A stretch of DNA of 7,017 bases. Source: Octopus sinensis. Taxonomy: Eukaryota. Within the stretch, counting starts at the first letter, position 1, and each line of letters opens with the position of its first letter. Where the stretch lies: the NCBI RefSeq assembly GCF_006345805.1, contig NW_021829034.1, positions 1-7,017 of the forward strand, given 5' to 3'. Shown in pieces: positions 6,321 through 7,017 of this stretch. Both the position numbers and the translations under genes were made by a program. The notes beneath the pieces were generated by a model that saw nothing but the letters and a program-made list of their open reading frames with translations, was not told the origin of the DNA and made no database searches.

Positions 6321-6857
6321 AAAAATTCCAGACACACAGATCCTGAGGACAGCTGATATCTTGAGTATTGAGGCGATGGTACACAAGCACCGGTTGCGTT
6401 GGACTGGACACCTTATTAGAATGGAGGATAGAAGGATTCCTAAGCAGATGCTCTATGGAGAACTTGTGAATGGAAGGAGACTCCGGCAGAAACCAAGGCT
6501 GCGATTTAAGGACTGTGTTAAGTCCTCGTTAAAAGGCCTTTGATATTGCAGGACACTGACTGGGAGAACAATGCCTGTCATCGCCACAGATGGAGGGAGC
6601 CGGTTAAGGAGGGGTCGACACTTTGAGAGAGCACGTATCCAACATGAAAAACTTAGGCGAGCTGTGCGAAAGCGCACGTCTCGTATAGTGAATGGGGAAA
6701 GCTTGGTCTGCAATGTTTGCAGTCGTGTGTGCTTGTCAAGAGCAGGGCTCATTAGCCACCAACAGAGCCGCAAATGCAAAATATAAGTTAGTCCTACAGC
6801 GCACAATGTTCCTGAAGGTCGGCAATGGTCTTCCTCGGTCACGAGTGGACGGCCATC
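6321..6857 (+). mobile_element. 5'-truncated, frameshifted RTE-clade LINE (C-terminus of RT ORF and 3' UTR)
   Basis: IPDTQILRTADILSIEAMVHKHRLRWTGHLIRMEDRRIPKQMLYGEL...KPRLRFKDCVKSSLK is the RTE post-RT motif. It continues through about 3 frameshifts (DWENNACHRHRWR; FERARIQH) to a C2H2-like knuckle CNVCSRVCLSRAGLISH and a stop at 6784-6786. Confidence 0.92.

Positions 6858-6916
<59 letters not shown>
6858..6916. repeat. (AT)n(GA)18 microsatellite at the LINE 3' end
   Basis: Direct reading. Confidence 0.95.
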
Positions 6917-6923
<7 letters not shown>

Positions 6924-7017
6924 GGTTCTTAGGTTCAGACACCAGAATTTAGTACAGTATTATCCATACAATTTCAAAGTAAGGTGATTAAAATCAAAAT
7001 AAGCAAGTAGTAAATAA

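Noticed and set aside
5547-6356. ORFs 5547-5762, 5569-5778 and 6093-6356
   Set aside because: They are short, cross microsatellites or repeat junctions, and have no recognisable motif or exon signals.
6453-6919. ORFs 6453-6842 (-) and 6692-6919 (+)
   Set aside because: They are antisense or alternative frames of the dead RTE element.

Overview
Eukaryotic, AT- and microsatellite-rich, mostly intronic animal DNA. It is probably from a coleoid cephalopod such as Octopus, inferred from repeat style and recalled SINE motifs and not verified. The only intact coding sequence is two 120-nt, phase 1-1 exons on + (1748-1867, 3525-3644). Each encodes one calcium-binding-type EGF module of a multi-EGF extracellular protein whose other exons lie outside the window. 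The rest is low-complexity DNA and decayed mobile elements: a piggyBac-type MITE nested in a fold-back element, two fused SINEs, a dead RTE-clade LINE 3' end and Penelope-like (PLE) remnants. The best candidate for an undescribed system is at 4875-5526. It is a small non-coding insertion with a 341-nt repeat period (about 1.3 units), a 155-nt inverted arm, 14-bp flanking direct repeats, and a minimal type I hammerhead ribozyme motif (core 5316-5348) whose helix III is an 8-nt palindrome. This fits a non-LTR retrozyme or non-autonomous PLE derivative. This copy has a damaged helix II and only one ribozyme, so it may be inactive. All alignments were done by eye and no database search was possible.
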